Source: Escherichia coli (GTDB lineage Bacteria > Pseudomonadota > Gammaproteobacteria > Enterobacterales > Enterobacteriaceae). Taken from it: a DNA stretch of 455 nt. How positions within the stretch are numbered: position 1 is the first letter of the stretch; the number at the start of each line of letters is the position of its first letter. Below are positions 1 to 455 of this stretch, in pieces. The notes below the pieces were generated by a model that searched no databases, was not told where the DNA came from, and saw only the letters and a list, made by a program, of their open reading frames with translations. Both the position numbers and the translations under genes were made by a program. The stretch lies in the NCBI RefSeq assembly GCF_003334255.1, contig NZ_QOWU01000238.1. The stretch is one strand, 5' to 3'.

Positions 1-455
<455 letters not shown>

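Overview
The whole 455-bp window lies inside one gene: the catalytic (DDE/rve integrase-core) domain of an IS3-family insertion-sequence transposase (OrfB), on the + strand in frame 3 (codons start at position 3). That frame has no stop codon anywhere in the window and is partial at both ends. The only ORF on the supplied track (25..306, frame 1) is an off-frame artefact overlapping the real gene. The protein pattern most resembles the IS51 subgroup of IS3 (IS629/IS1203/IS3411/IS6110-like), but I cannot confirm the exact element without a database search. I see no RNA gene, CRISPR array, IS terminal inverted repeat, promoter or terminator. I find no evidence of a novel system here; this is an ordinary mobile-element interior, and anything interesting would be in the flanks outside the window.
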